The notes under the pieces are model-generated. The model had not been told where the DNA came from and did not search any database. It was given only the letters and a program-made list of their open reading frames with translations. This document shows positions 20,179 through 31,419 of a stretch of DNA of 51,511 nucleotides, one piece after another. Origin of the DNA: Brevundimonas sp. (GTDB taxonomy: Bacteria > Pseudomonadota > Alphaproteobacteria > Caulobacterales > Caulobacteraceae); NCBI GenBank assembly GCA_046314055.1, contig JBKBXN010000001.1, forward strand, positions 1 to 51,511, read 5' to 3'. Within the stretch, counting starts at the first letter, position 1. Every line of letters begins with the position of its first letter. The position numbers were made by a program, and so were the translations under genes.

Positions 20179-20311
20179 CGCCGGCTTCGTCGGGCCGGAC
20201 GCCGTACGTAGGGCTGTCGCTCTCAAGCGGACATCACCAACGAGCGCTATGGGTGATGGGGTGGCTTGTGGCATGAAAAACGACCTTCAAGCTGCCCAGC
20301 CAACCACGGTG

Positions 20312-20347
20312 AAATAGTTCTCGGCTTCATCCACGGCGGCGCGCCAT
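20312..20347 (+). repeat. att-like arm copy C with repeat of tRNA 3' end (putative attR)
   Basis: AAATAGTTCTCGGCTTCATCCACGGCGGC followed by GCGCCAT. Confidence 0.75.
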
Positions 20348-20524
20348 CCTTCAAACGAAAGATCAAACAGCCACATTTGGCGGACGGTCACCAAGGCGGT
20401 GCTGCAAGGCCTGGACCTGCGCGCCCTCCGGTTCTGACGAGCCCCCTAAACTTCTCCAGGAATGAACTGGCGTGGCGGCAACCCAGCTTCTACAACTTTT
20501 CTGGACTTTGTAGGGGAGGCGGGT

Positions 20525-21496
20525 TTGCGCGGTGAAGTTCTGACATTCGACGAGACGACGGGGTTGGGTTTCATCCTCGGCGATGACGGCGCGCGATATT
20601 CGTTCGCGAAGGACGATGTGCAGCCGCCGTCGGTTCTGGAACCCAGCCAGAGGGTCGATTTCGTCTCTGCCGAGAACTGGCGCGCCCAGCAGATCATCGC
20701 TATGCGCCCCCCGCTGATGACGAGCGCGACGCCGGGCGGTCGGAGCGGCGTCGGCGTCTTCGACCTGGGACAGGTCGTGCAGCGCACCTTTGGCGCGATC
20801 AAGCAGAACGCCGCCATCTTCTTCGGCGCCGCCGTGATCCTGGTGGGCGTGCCCAGCACACTCGCGGCGGTGGGTCAGAGCGCCCTGCAGGGCGACGACT
20901 ATGGCTTGGGCGTATTGATCGGCGCCTTGGGCTCAGTGCTGAACGCCGTCGGTCTGTATCTGCTGCAGGGTATGGTGGTGAAGGCGGCGGTGAACGGTTT
21001 CAGCGGCAAGACGACCGCCTTCGGCGACGCTTTCAGCGCCGGGATCCAGAATTTTCTGCCGCTGCTCGGCCTGGCCATCATCGCCTCCATAGGCGCGACG
21101 ATCGGGGTGATCCTGCTGATCGTGCCGGGCGTGATCCTGGCTGTGATGTGGTCCGTCGGCGCGCCGGTGGTGGTCGCGGAGAAACGCGGTGTATTCGCCG
21201 CCCTGCAACGCAGCCGTGAACTGACCAAGGGCCACCGTTGGCCGGTCTTCGGCCTGCTGGTCATCTACTTCATCCTGTCCTGGGTCATCGGCGCCGCAAT
21301 TGGCGGCCTGAGCGTGGCGTCCGGCGGAACCTTCACCGGCGGCTCGGCGAACCTGGCCGTCGCCCTGATCACCGGGCCTCTCGTCAACATCCTGTCCGGC
21401 GTCGTCGCCTCGGCGGGCGTGGCTTCGCTCTATTACGAGCTGCGCTCGGCCAAGGAGGGCGTCGGGTCGGAGGAACTGGCCTCCGTCTTCGACTGA
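20525..21496 (+). CDS. Membrane protein with N-terminal cold-shock-like domain
   Basis: TTG start after GGGAGG; MRGEVLTFDETTGLGFILGDDGARYSF OB-fold-like N-terminus; about 6 TMs with AL.RSRELTKG.RW and LYYELR..KEG. Confidence 0.75.
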   Translation: MRGEVLTFDETTGLGFILGDDGARYSFAKDDVQPPSVLEPSQRVDFVSAENWRAQQIIAMRPPLMTSATPGGRSGVGVFDLGQVVQRTFGAIKQNAAIFFGAAVILVGVPSTLAAVGQSALQGDDYGLGVLIGALGSVLNAVGLYLLQGMVVKAAVNGFSGKTTAFGDAFSAGIQNFLPLLGLAIIASIGATIGVILLIVPGVILAVMWSVGAPVVVAEKRGVFAALQRSRELTKGHRWPVFGLLVIYFILSWVIGAAIGGLSVASGGTFTGGSANLAVALITGPLVNILSGVVASAGVASLYYELRSAKEGVGSEELASVFD

Positions 21497-21508
21497 TGCG
21501 GCGCGACG

Positions 21509-22384
21509 TCAGACGTCGTGCTTGTCGCGACGTCTGACGCCCATCAGCAGCTTCTGTTCCAATCGGCCGCGCAGGGCGGCGTAATAGGCGCTGAGGAAAT
21601 CGCGGTCGGTGTCATGGGGGCCGCGCGTCCAGTCGATCTTCTTGGCGATGCGGTCGGCGACGTCGCGCAGGGTCTTGCGGTCGCCCTGGCGCAGCACAGT
21701 CTCCAGCACGTGCAATTCCTTGGCTCCATAGGCGTCCACCTGAGCAGGCGTAAAGTCGTAGGCGGCCATCCGCCCGGCGCCGTCGTCGGCCATGTCGCGG
21801 ATCAGCTTGCGGCGCGGCGTGCGCACCACCCAGGTTCCTCCGACCAGGTCGCCGACGCGAAGCCGGTCCTTGTTGAACAGGGGGAAGAAGACGAAGATCG
21901 CCGCCCAGACGAAGCCCAGCAGATACATCCAGCTCTCGACGCCGCCCTCCTGGCTGCGGGCGAACAGGAGGGACAGAGGCAGGAAGACCTCCAGTTCGCG
22001 CATGGCGTTGCGCGCGAACACGGCTTCGGCCCTCAGCCGTCCGCCGTCGCGCGACGCCACCCGGAGGCCCATCGCCCTCTTGCCCGGCGTCGCCGCAGCC
22101 GCCGACAGTTCGAAGGCGGTGAAGTAGAAGTTGCGCATCAGGAAGAAGACGATCAGCCACACGACGGCGACCATTTCCGCCCCCGTCACCCCGAACGAGG
22201 CCCCCGCGCCAAACGCGAAGGCCGAGGCGATGGTGAAGACGATCAGCACGCCGATGATGATGGCGGCGTCCAGCAGGAAGGCGGCCGCTCTCTGGCCCGC
22301 GTCGCCGATATTCAGGCGCAGGTCCACGCCCTCGGGCGTGACGAAGGCGCGTTCGGTGCGGGGCGTCAGGGGTTCAGCGGACAT
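21509..22384 (-). CDS. RDD family protein
   Basis: TPEGVDL...GQRAAAFLLD, TPGKRAMGLRV, RVGDLVGGTWVV; overlaps the SpoIIM-family gene. Confidence 0.88.
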   Translation of the reverse strand: MSAEPLTPRTERAFVTPEGVDLRLNIGDAGQRAAAFLLDAAIIIGVLIVFTIASAFAFGAGASFGVTGAEMVAVVWLIVFFLMRNFYFTAFELSAAAATPGKRAMGLRVASRDGGRLRAEAVFARNAMRELEVFLPLSLLFARSQEGGVESWMYLLGFVWAAIFVFFPLFNKDRLRVGDLVGGTWVVRTPRRKLIRDMADDGAGRMAAYDFTPAQVDAYGAKELHVLETVLRQGDRKTLRDVADRIAKKIDWTRGPHDTDRDFLSAYYAALRGRLEQKLLMGVRRRDKHDV

Positions 22385-23396
22385 GGATCGACTTCGTCTG
22401 GGCGGGGCGGGGCGCATAGAAGTACAGCCCCCAGATCAGGACGGTTCCACCCGCCACGGCGTAACGCAGTCCGGTGTCGACGATCAGTTGGCGGCCAAAT
22501 CCTTCCAGCAGGCCGGCGAACATCAGCATCACGACCACCCCGCCCATGGCGATGCCGGCGGTGCGTCCCGCCTCGACCGCCGCGTCAAGCCGACGCCTCT
22601 GGCCCGGGAAGGCGACGGCCAAGCCGATCCGCAGTCCCGCCGCGCCCGCCAGGATGATGGCGAACAGTTCGGTCACGCCGTGGATCAGCAGCCAACCGCC
22701 CAGTTCGAACCCCAGGCCTCGCGAAGCGAACAGGGCGAAGAAGGCTCCCAGGGTCGCGCCGTTGTAGAGGACCAGAAGGGCGGTCGGCAGACAGAGGGCG
22801 AACCCCAGGGCGAAAGCCAGCAGGGCCACCTGGGCGTTGTGGGTGAATAGAAAGGCCGCAAAGACCGAAAGGCCTTGCGCCCCGTCGGCGCCGTCCAGGG
22901 TGGCCCGGAGGGTCTCGGTCGAGGCTGCGGGATCGCGTCCGCCGCTGAGCCCCGGCGGTACGAAGGCGTAGAACCACTCGGGCTCCTGCGTCACCAGCCA
23001 GGCTCCGACCAGGGCGCCGACCAGCATCAACGCCGCCGCGATCAGGGTCTCGCGCCACAGGCCCCGAACTGCGGCAGGCCAGTCGCTGCGGAAGAAGGCG
23101 ACCAGACGATCCTGGATGGTCGCCCGCGAGCCATAGACAAAGAAATAGGCCCGCGCCGACAGGGTCTCCAGATAGTCTATCAGCCCCTGGTCCAGCGAGG
23201 TTTCGCGCGCCACGGACAGGGCCGACAGGGTCGAACGATACAGCACCGGTATGGCCAGGATATCAGCGTCGGTCAGTTTGGACGCAGAGCCTTTTTCGGC
23301 CTTGTCCATCAGCCGTTCGAGGCGACGCCAGTCCTCTTCGCGCGCTTGGCGGAAGCGCTGGCTCTTGAGCAGGCCGGAGGGGCGCACGTCGGTCAC
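22374..23396 (-). CDS. Stage II sporulation protein M (DUF95) family membrane protein
   Basis: LYR.TLSALSVAR, FLFTHNAQVAL.AFALG, NG..LG, IHGVTEL, AGLLEGF. Confidence 0.88.
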   Translation of the reverse strand: MTDVRPSGLLKSQRFRQAREEDWRRLERLMDKAEKGSASKLTDADILAIPVLYRSTLSALSVARETSLDQGLIDYLETLSARAYFFVYGSRATIQDRLVAFFRSDWPAAVRGLWRETLIAAALMLVGALVGAWLVTQEPEWFYAFVPPGLSGGRDPAASTETLRATLDGADGAQGLSVFAAFLFTHNAQVALLAFALGFALCLPTALLVLYNGATLGAFFALFASRGLGFELGGWLLIHGVTELFAIILAGAAGLRIGLAVAFPGQRRRLDAAVEAGRTAGIAMGGVVVMLMFAGLLEGFGRQLIVDTGLRYAVAGGTVLIWGLYFYAPRPAQTKSIHVR

Positions 23397-24705
23397 AGCA
23401 GGTCCCTCCGCTTCAGGTCCAGATAGGCGTTGACCACTTCGGTCCCGATCCGTTCGGCGGGGGCGTCGACGATATGGGCCCCCATGCGCCGTAATCGCCC
23501 GATCACCGTCTCACGCTCGCGCAGCAGGGTTCCGGCGACGACGGCGCGGGACACGTCATCGGGCGTCTCAGGGTCGGCGGTGGTCAGGCCCTCCAGCTCG
23601 TCGTCGCGCAGAACGACGAACAAGATGAGGTGGCGGCGCAGGAGTCGTCCCAAGGATTCGATCATCAACTCGGCGGCTGTGGAATCGGTGAAGTCGGTGA
23701 AGACGACGATCAACGAGCGGCGTTGAAGCTGGCCCGACAAGGTCGCCAGGGCCAGGGTGTAGTTGGTCTCGTGCGTCGAATAGTCGATGCGGCCCACAAC
23801 GGCCTGAAGGGTGCGGAAGGCGTCCAGTCCGCTCACTGCGCCAGTGGTCACGCGGGGTTGGGAGTCGAAGGCGAAGACTCCCGTTCGGTCACCCGACCGC
23901 AGGCAGGCGTAGGACAGGAGCAGGGCCGCATGGATGAAGCGGTCGACCCGGGGCATGCCGCCGACCGGCTCGCAGGCCGCGCGGCCGCAATCCAGAGCCA
24001 TTATGACATTGTGGTTGCGCTCGGTGCGGAACTCCTTGGCCAGCAGGGCGGCGTGGCGGGCCGACTGTTTCCAGTCGATCGAGCGGCGGTCCATGCCGGC
24101 CTGAAAGTCGCGCAGAGCCTGAAACTCCGAGCCCTCGCCGATCTCCAGTTGGGTCTTTGCGCCGAACAGGGCGTCGCGGGCGAACAGACGCACTGCCTGA
24201 TCCCGCACCCATCGTAAGTCGGTCAGGACGGGGGCGGCGAGGTCAAGGGCGAAGGTCTTCTGCTTCCAGACCAGCCCCATGGGGCCGCGCCAGCGCACCC
24301 ATAAAGCCTTCAGGCTGGCGGCGCCGCGGCGGTTCGGGGTGAAGGGAAAGGCCAGGGCCGCGCTGCGGTCCGACACCGTCGCCTGGCGCGTTGCGTCGTC
24401 CAGCCCTAGCCGGGCCTCGCCTGACAAGGCCGCTTCGACGGTCTTGGGAACGGGCCCCCTCTCGCCGAACCGTACCCTCAGGCCCGCCGTGTCGGACCGA
24501 CCGACCGCCGCGCGCACGGGCCTGGGCTCCTCCAGCTCCAGCCTGCGTCTCGATCCGCCGGAAAGGGCGTCCAGGGCGACGAGCAGCAGCAGGCCCGCGA
24601 TCCAGATCGGACCCGCGATCCAGCCCAGAGGCGTCAGGACGCCGGCCAGCAGGGCCACGGGCACGCCCGCCGCCATCGCCGTCACCGCGCGTCGGGTGGG
24701 ATAGA

Positions 24706-24709
<4 letters not shown>
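23393..24709 (-). CDS. DUF58 (vWA-like) domain protein
   Basis: [38 protein letters not shown]. Confidence 0.9.
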
Positions 24710-25648
<939 letters not shown>

Positions 25649-25662
<14 letters not shown>

Positions 25663-26875
25663 GGGTCAGCTCCTGGTTCCAGCGATGAAGGGCGCCGGCG
25701 ACCCGCATCAGGTCTGCCGGCGACTTGGCCGCCCGGGCCTGTTCGGCCAGGGCTGTGTAGGATTCGGTCGTGCCGATGGTTCGGCCGACCCGGTCAAGGA
25801 AGGCGTTCAGCGCCGCCTCGTCCAGATTTCGGGGCGCGCCGATGGCGCGGGTCACAGCGGCGCGCACCAGAAGAGCGTAAGGCGCAGCCATGCGATGCTC
25901 GCGCCCGGCCAATCTGATCAGGCCGGCGGTATTGTCCGCCAGTCCGCGTTTGCCCAGAGCGATGACGCGCCCTTTTTCGCGCGCTGGCCCGAACCGGACG
26001 GCGGCTTGGAAGCCGGCGAAGGCGGCCAGGGCGACCAGCACCAGGGTCATGCCGACCAGAGGCGGCTCTAGCATGAGCCGCAACAGGTTCCGTGTCCGCT
26101 GGAAACCATGAAGCGTCAGGTCGAACACCACCGGGGCGTCGCCCACGCGTATCAGATCGATCAAGGCGACCGCCGTGGTCGCGCCGTTCAGGCTTTTCAG
26201 CGCCGCAGTGTCGATCAGGTCGGGATCGGCCAGCACATAGGTGCGGTGTTCGCGGTGCATCGCCAGCACGGCGCGGCCTCGATCATCGATCACGACCGGA
26301 ATCCAGGCGGGGCCTTCCAGGGTGCGCAAGGCCTCGATCTGGACGGGCTTGCCGAACGCGGCGCCATCGGGGCGACGCAGGGCGATGGTCGCGCGTCCCT
26401 TGCGCTCCGTCATCCCCAGATCTTCGCGCAGATCCTTCGGCAGGGCGGCCAGGACCATCTGCGGCGGCTGGGCCCCCAGGGTGCGCACCCAGCCGGGGTG
26501 GTCTTCGTCGGGCATCGAGGCCCATTTGGGCAGGACGATCAGGGTCGCGCCATAATGTTCGATGTCGTCGATCTTTTCGGGCTTGGTCTGGGCCGAAGGG
26601 GTCAGGATCAACAGGCTGTCGTCCGACGCTTCGGTCAGCACGCCCCGGTTCAGCACCACCGGCACGCCCAGGCCGCGAAGCAGTGAAGGCAGGCCGCCGA
26701 AGCCGGTGGATGAGCGCGACAGGGCGTGTCCGCCGCCGTCGTTGCCGGATCTTAATTCGGGGGCATAGGCGGACAGGACGCCCAGCCCGGCCAGAGCCAC
26801 CACGCTGATCAGGACGACGACGATCATGGCGATGGGCGAAAAGCCGTCGCCGCCGGGCTTGCTTGATCGACTCAT
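25649..26875 (-). CDS. DUF4350-like membrane-anchored protein
   Basis: N- and C-terminal TMs, VFD.TLHG and RFGP motifs; position directly upstream of moxR. Confidence 0.7.
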
Positions 26876-27513
26876 GCGCGCCAGCCCTCCGGCAGGGCGA
26901 AGGCTTCATAAGCCTGTCGGCAAGCGGCGAAGTCCTGGGCGCCGACGGGCGCGCCGCCGAACAGGCTGCGCTCAACCATCCGGCCGATCAGGTCGAACGC
27001 CGGTCGGGCCGCCTCGGGCAGCGCCTTCAGCCGTGCGATCTCCCGTGTGGTCAGGGAGACGCGCACCGCGCGCGGCTGGCGTTGTTCGATGTCCTGCACG
27101 CTGCGCAGCAGCAGCAGATGCGCGGCTTCGGCGTAGAGGCCTCGCGCGGCCAGCTCGTCGGCGTCCGCCAGCAGATTCCGCGCAGTCCGTGCGTCCGGCC
27201 GCCATTGCCCGTCGGCGACGACCTTGGGCTTCACGGGCTTGGCGGGGGGGATCCGCATCCGCAGGATTTCACGGACTATGGCGTAGAGGATTAAGGCCGC
27301 GACCATGGCCAGGCCAATCCAGAACACCCACTGCAGCGCCGGCGCGATGAACCTTAGAGCATCGCTGATCCAGTGCAGCCAGTCGGGCGGCTTGATCTCC
27401 ATACGATCAAAGCCGGTACGGTCGAATTGGAGGGAATCGTCCTTCAGGAGACGCGCATGCGCCCGGGCCAGGGCCTCATCTGTGGGCGAAGCCCTTTCCT
27501 GCATCTTTCCCAA
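26872..27513 (-). CDS. DUF4129-like membrane protein
   Basis: Single TM, ADELAA.G.YAEA.H.LL, SLTTRE, ERSLFGG; first gene of the MoxR operon. Confidence 0.7.
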   Translation of the reverse strand: MGKMQERASPTDEALARAHARLLKDDSLQFDRTGFDRMEIKPPDWLHWISDALRFIAPALQWVFWIGLAMVAALILYAIVREILRMRIPPAKPVKPKVVADGQWRPDARTARNLLADADELAARGLYAEAAHLLLLRSVQDIEQRQPRAVRVSLTTREIARLKALPEAARPAFDLIGRMVERSLFGGAPVGAQDFAACRQAYEAFALPEGWRA

Positions 27514-27890
27514 CGCACCTTACTGAACAGCCAAGCCATACCGACCCGAGAGGCCGAGTCAACCGCAGGCGCCCTCCCGGGGGCTCCTGTACTCTGATCG
27601 AATGCGGACGTCGCTTGGCGCAAGCTGGGGCTCCGCAGGTCTGCTGCGGGCTGGGCTGTGTTCTGGCTGCTGGCAAAATCAGATGATCCGGCGGCTTCAT
27701 GCCCCCTGCCGGCCGAGCCCACTGGCATCGACTGCGATTTCACTGAACACTTGATCACGAGCGCCTAAACCCATTTCGGGTAACGCGGCGCTCCAGCTCT
27801 ACCGCGTTGCAGCAATTTGAATCGCCCTGTTGGCGAGACCTTGGTATACGAGGTCTTGCAGCCCAGGGGTTGGCTGCCGTCGGGGGATCC

Positions 27891-28967
27891 ATGGCTATTG
27901 AATCGAACGGTAAAGTCGCGCTGATCACAGGCGTGACGGGGCAGGACGGCGCTTATCTGTCTGAGCTCCTTCTGGAAAAGGGCTATACCGTCCATGGCGT
28001 GAAGCGCCGGTCTTCGTCGTTCAATACGGGCCGGATCGACCATATCTATCAGGACCCGCACGAACAGCATCCGCGCTTCGTCCTACACTACGGCGACATG
28101 ACGGATTCGACGAACCTGATCCGCATCGTCCAACAGACCCAGCCTGACGAAATCTATAATCTGGCGGCCCAAAGCCACGTGCAGGTGTCGTTCGAGACGC
28201 CTGAATACACCGGCAACGCCGACGCGGTGGGCACGCTGCGCCTTCTGGAGGCGATCCGCATCCTGGGGCTGGAGAAGAAGACTCGCTTCTATCAGGCCTC
28301 GACCTCGGAGTTGTACGGCAAGGTGCAGGAAGTGCCGCAGTCGGAGACGACGCCCTTCTACCCCCGCAGCCCCTACGCCGCCGCCAAACTGTATGGCTAC
28401 TGGATCGTGGTGAACTACCGCGAGGCCTATGGCATTCACGCCTCGAACGGCATTCTGTTCAACCACGAGAGCCCGCTGCGGGGCGAGACCTTCGTGACGC
28501 GCAAGATCACGCGCGCCGCCGCGGCCATCAAGCTGGGCTATCAGGACAAGCTGTTCCTGGGCAATATCGACGCCAAGCGTGACTGGGGCCACGCCCGCGA
28601 ATATGTGCGCGGCATGTGGCTGATGATGCAGCAGGACGAGCCGGACGATTACGTCCTGGCCACTGGCGAGACCACCATCATCCGCGATTTCGTCACCGAA
28701 GCCTTCAAACAGGTCGACATCTCCCTGCGGTGGGAAGGCAAGGGCGTGGACGAGAAGGGCATCTGCGCCGATACCGGCCGAGTCTATATCGAGATCGATC
28801 CGCGCTACTTCCGGCCCACCGAGGTTGAACTGCTGATCGGCGATCCGACCAAGGCCAAGAACAAGCTTGGTTGGGTGCACGAGACGAAGTGGCAAGCCCT
28901 TTGCGCCGAAATGGTCGCCGCTGATCTGGTTGGCGTCGCTAAGGAGCAGCGGCGCAATGCCGAGTGA
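27891..28967 (+). CDS. gmd: GDP-mannose 4,6-dehydratase
   Basis: [48 protein letters not shown]. Confidence 0.97.
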   Translation: MAIESNGKVALITGVTGQDGAYLSELLLEKGYTVHGVKRRSSSFNTGRIDHIYQDPHEQHPRFVLHYGDMTDSTNLIRIVQQTQPDEIYNLAAQSHVQVSFETPEYTGNADAVGTLRLLEAIRILGLEKKTRFYQASTSELYGKVQEVPQSETTPFYPRSPYAAAKLYGYWIVVNYREAYGIHASNGILFNHESPLRGETFVTRKITRAAAAIKLGYQDKLFLGNIDAKRDWGHAREYVRGMWLMMQQDEPDDYVLATGETTIIRDFVTEAFKQVDISLRWEGKGVDEKGICADTGRVYIEIDPRYFRPTEVELLIGDPTKAKNKLGWVHETKWQALCAEMVAADLVGVAKEQRRNAE

Positions 28968-29904
28968 AATCCTGTTCTCCCTGGCGGGTAAGCGCGTCTG
29001 GGTCGCCGGCCATCGTGGGATGGTCGGCTCAGCTATCGTGCGCCGACTGGCCAGCGAGAATTGCGAGGTCGTCACCGCCACCCGCGCCGAAGTCGATCTG
29101 AAGAACCCCGCCCAGGTCCACGCCTTTGTCGCCGACAAGAAACCGGACGCCATCTTCATGGCGGCGGCCAAGGTCGGCGGCATCCTGGCCAACGACACCT
29201 ATCCGGCCGATTTCCTGTACGACAATCTGATGATCGCGGCGAACGTCACCGAGGCGGCCTATCGCAACGGCGTCGGCAAGATGCTGTTCCTAGGCTCCAG
29301 CTGCATCTACCCCAAGCTGGCGCCCCAGCCGATCCCGGAAGACGCCCTGCTGACCGGCCCGCTGGAGCCGACCAACGAATGGTATGCGATCGCCAAGATC
29401 GCCGGCATCAAACTGGCCCAGGCCTATCGCAGACAGCACGGCTGCGACTTCATCAGCGCCATGCCGACCAATCTGTACGGCCCCGGCGACAATTTCGACC
29501 TGAACACCAGCCACGTCCTGCCCGCCCTGATCCGCAAGGCGCACGAAGCCAAGGTCGCCGGCGCCGATCACATCACCATCTGGGGCACGGGCGCGCCCCG
29601 GCGCGAGTTCCTGCACGCCGACGACTGCGCCGACGCCTGCGTCTTCCTGATGAAACACTATTCGGACTTTGAGCACGTCAACGTCGGCTCGGGCGAAGAC
29701 ATCGCCATCCTCGACCTGGCCAAGCTGGTCTGCGACGTCGTGGGCTTTGAAGGTGAGATCCGCACCGACCCGACCAAGCCGGACGGGACCATGCGCAAGC
29801 TGATGAGCGGAGAGAAGCTTAAAGCGATGGGATGGGGGGCGAAGATTGGACTTCAGGATGGAGTCGCGAGTTGCTACTCCGCCGAGAGCTGGGCCCTACT
29901 CTAA
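28957..29904 (+). CDS. fcl: GDP-L-fucose synthase
   Basis: [44 protein letters not shown]. Confidence 0.96.
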   Translation: MPSEILFSLAGKRVWVAGHRGMVGSAIVRRLASENCEVVTATRAEVDLKNPAQVHAFVADKKPDAIFMAAAKVGGILANDTYPADFLYDNLMIAANVTEAAYRNGVGKMLFLGSSCIYPKLAPQPIPEDALLTGPLEPTNEWYAIAKIAGIKLAQAYRRQHGCDFISAMPTNLYGPGDNFDLNTSHVLPALIRKAHEAKVAGADHITIWGTGAPRREFLHADDCADACVFLMKHYSDFEHVNVGSGEDIAILDLAKLVCDVVGFEGEIRTDPTKPDGTMRKLMSGEKLKAMGWGAKIGLQDGVASCYSAESWALL

Positions 29905-29922
29905 TGCGCCTGATATACTAGC

Positions 29923-31419
29923 ATGGGAGCGTCCACACCGCCGCCCCGCATGTTGAAGCGAGCAGTTCTAGGAGCCTCCGCATCGGCAGCTTCGTCCGTC
30001 GCTCAACTGGCCGTCCAGATTTTGGCTATTGCGGTAATATCACGACTGCTCAGCCCAGCCGAATTTGGGCTAGTTGCTCCTATGATTGCATTATCCACGT
30101 TGATCGCAACTATTGCGGAAGGCGGTTTCGGCGCATCAATCATCAATGCTGGTGACGATTTCGATCAAGTCCGAGATGTTGTTTTGACTGGCTTGATAGG
30201 AACAAGTGTTGTCGGTGTTGTTCTGTTTCAAGTAGCTCTTACACTAGCTCCCGGTCTGCTTAATTTCGACGACGCTAAAATGGCAGCGCTCGTTCTTTCC
30301 TCGATTGTCATTCTCGTTCCATTTTCTTCGTACCTTGAGTGTCATTTATTGAGAAACCTCAATTTTGGTCGGGTCTCATCGATTGATTTTGTGGCAGTAT
30401 TTTTGGGCGTCCTGGTAGGGCCGTTAGCCCTGGCCTTCGCTGGCTTTGGGGTTTGGTCTCTGATCTGGGGCCCAGTAATCCGCTATTTCGTCAAGACCGT
30501 TCTCTACATAATTTATGCTGGAGCTAGGTTCAGGCCAAATCTTAGCGGAGCAGGGCTTTTTCGAATTTTAGAGTTCTCCGGCTATATGTCGGCCGCCAAA
30601 GTGTCGGCTTTGATTGCTCTACAGGGCGATAGAGTTGTTATGGCTGGAACGCTCCCTCCGGCGACCCTAGGCGCTTATGCCCGAGCCCAGAACTTGATTC
30701 AGATTTCGCTCGATTCGACGACGGCTGCTATGGATAGAGTTCTTTTTCCTGTCTTTGCTCGCAGCGATAAACTTCAACTCGCGAGGCGCTATCATTTTGT
30801 ACTTGCTGTCGTCTCAGCTTTGACGCTCCCTATGGTAGTGGTTGTGGTCCACGCATCGGACTTCTTAGTCCGACTACTGTTAGGTCCGCAGTGGAATTTT
30901 GCCGTCGTGTTTGCCCAATTATTGGCACCGCTGATATTCTTTCGTGCGGTAGATAGAAGCTCGGCCGCAATACTTCGACGTGGTTCATGGATAAAGTTCC
31001 GTGCGTTTACTCAGTTCATTGTAGCCGCACTGACAATTTTCTGTGCAGTTGCACTGGTTAAGATTGACATGAGATTATACATTTCATCCGTTGTGGTTAT
31101 TGCTTTCGTCAATCTAATAGTGAACCAGATAATTGTCGCTCGCGCGATCGGATCAACATTTGTTGATGGATTCAAATCCTTTCGGGCAGGCACCATCACG
31201 GGTGTGATCACTGTATTCTGTTTTTTATGTTTTGGAGCGAGAGAAGAGTTGTCCATGCGGCTTCCCGCCCTGGCTGCCGGGGTTGCGTCGGGTGCGGTTG
31301 TCCTGGGATCTCTCATGCTTTTCTGGCCGCAGGTTATTTTTGGTAAGGTTGACGGCGCCCGGATCCGCGAGATCCGAGATGGCGTGCTGATCCGTTTCGG
31401 GGTGCGGAAACATGACTAG
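29923..31419 (+). CDS. wzx: Polysaccharide flippase (Wzx/PST family)
   Basis: SRLLSPAEFG, many TMs, LGAYARA, VLFPVFAR, LLGPQW. Confidence 0.85.
   Translation: MGASTPPPRMLKRAVLGASASAASSVAQLAVQILAIAVISRLLSPAEFGLVAPMIALSTLIATIAEGGFGASIINAGDDFDQVRDVVLTGLIGTSVVGVVLFQVALTLAPGLLNFDDAKMAALVLSSIVILVPFSSYLECHLLRNLNFGRVSSIDFVAVFLGVLVGPLALAFAGFGVWSLIWGPVIRYFVKTVLYIIYAGARFRPNLSGAGLFRILEFSGYMSAAKVSALIALQGDRVVMAGTLPPATLGAYARAQNLIQISLDSTTAAMDRVLFPVFARSDKLQLARRYHFVLAVVSALTLPMVVVVVHASDFLVRLLLGPQWNFAVVFAQLLAPLIFFRAVDRSSAAILRRGSWIKFRAFTQFIVAALTIFCAVALVKIDMRLYISSVVVIAFVNLIVNQIIVARAIGSTFVDGFKSFRAGTITGVITVFCFLCFGAREELSMRLPALAAGVASGAVVLGSLMLFWPQVIFGKVDGARIREIRDGVLIRFGVRKHD

Larger units (their letters stand above)
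10045..20347. mobile_element. tRNA-Arg-anchored genomic island without intact integrase
   Basis: Starts at the tRNA 3' end; GCGCCAT repeated at 10038-10044 and 20341-20347; inverted 13-bp arms at 10052-10064 and 20317-20329 (12/13 match); recombinase stub; accessory cargo. Confidence 0.7.
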
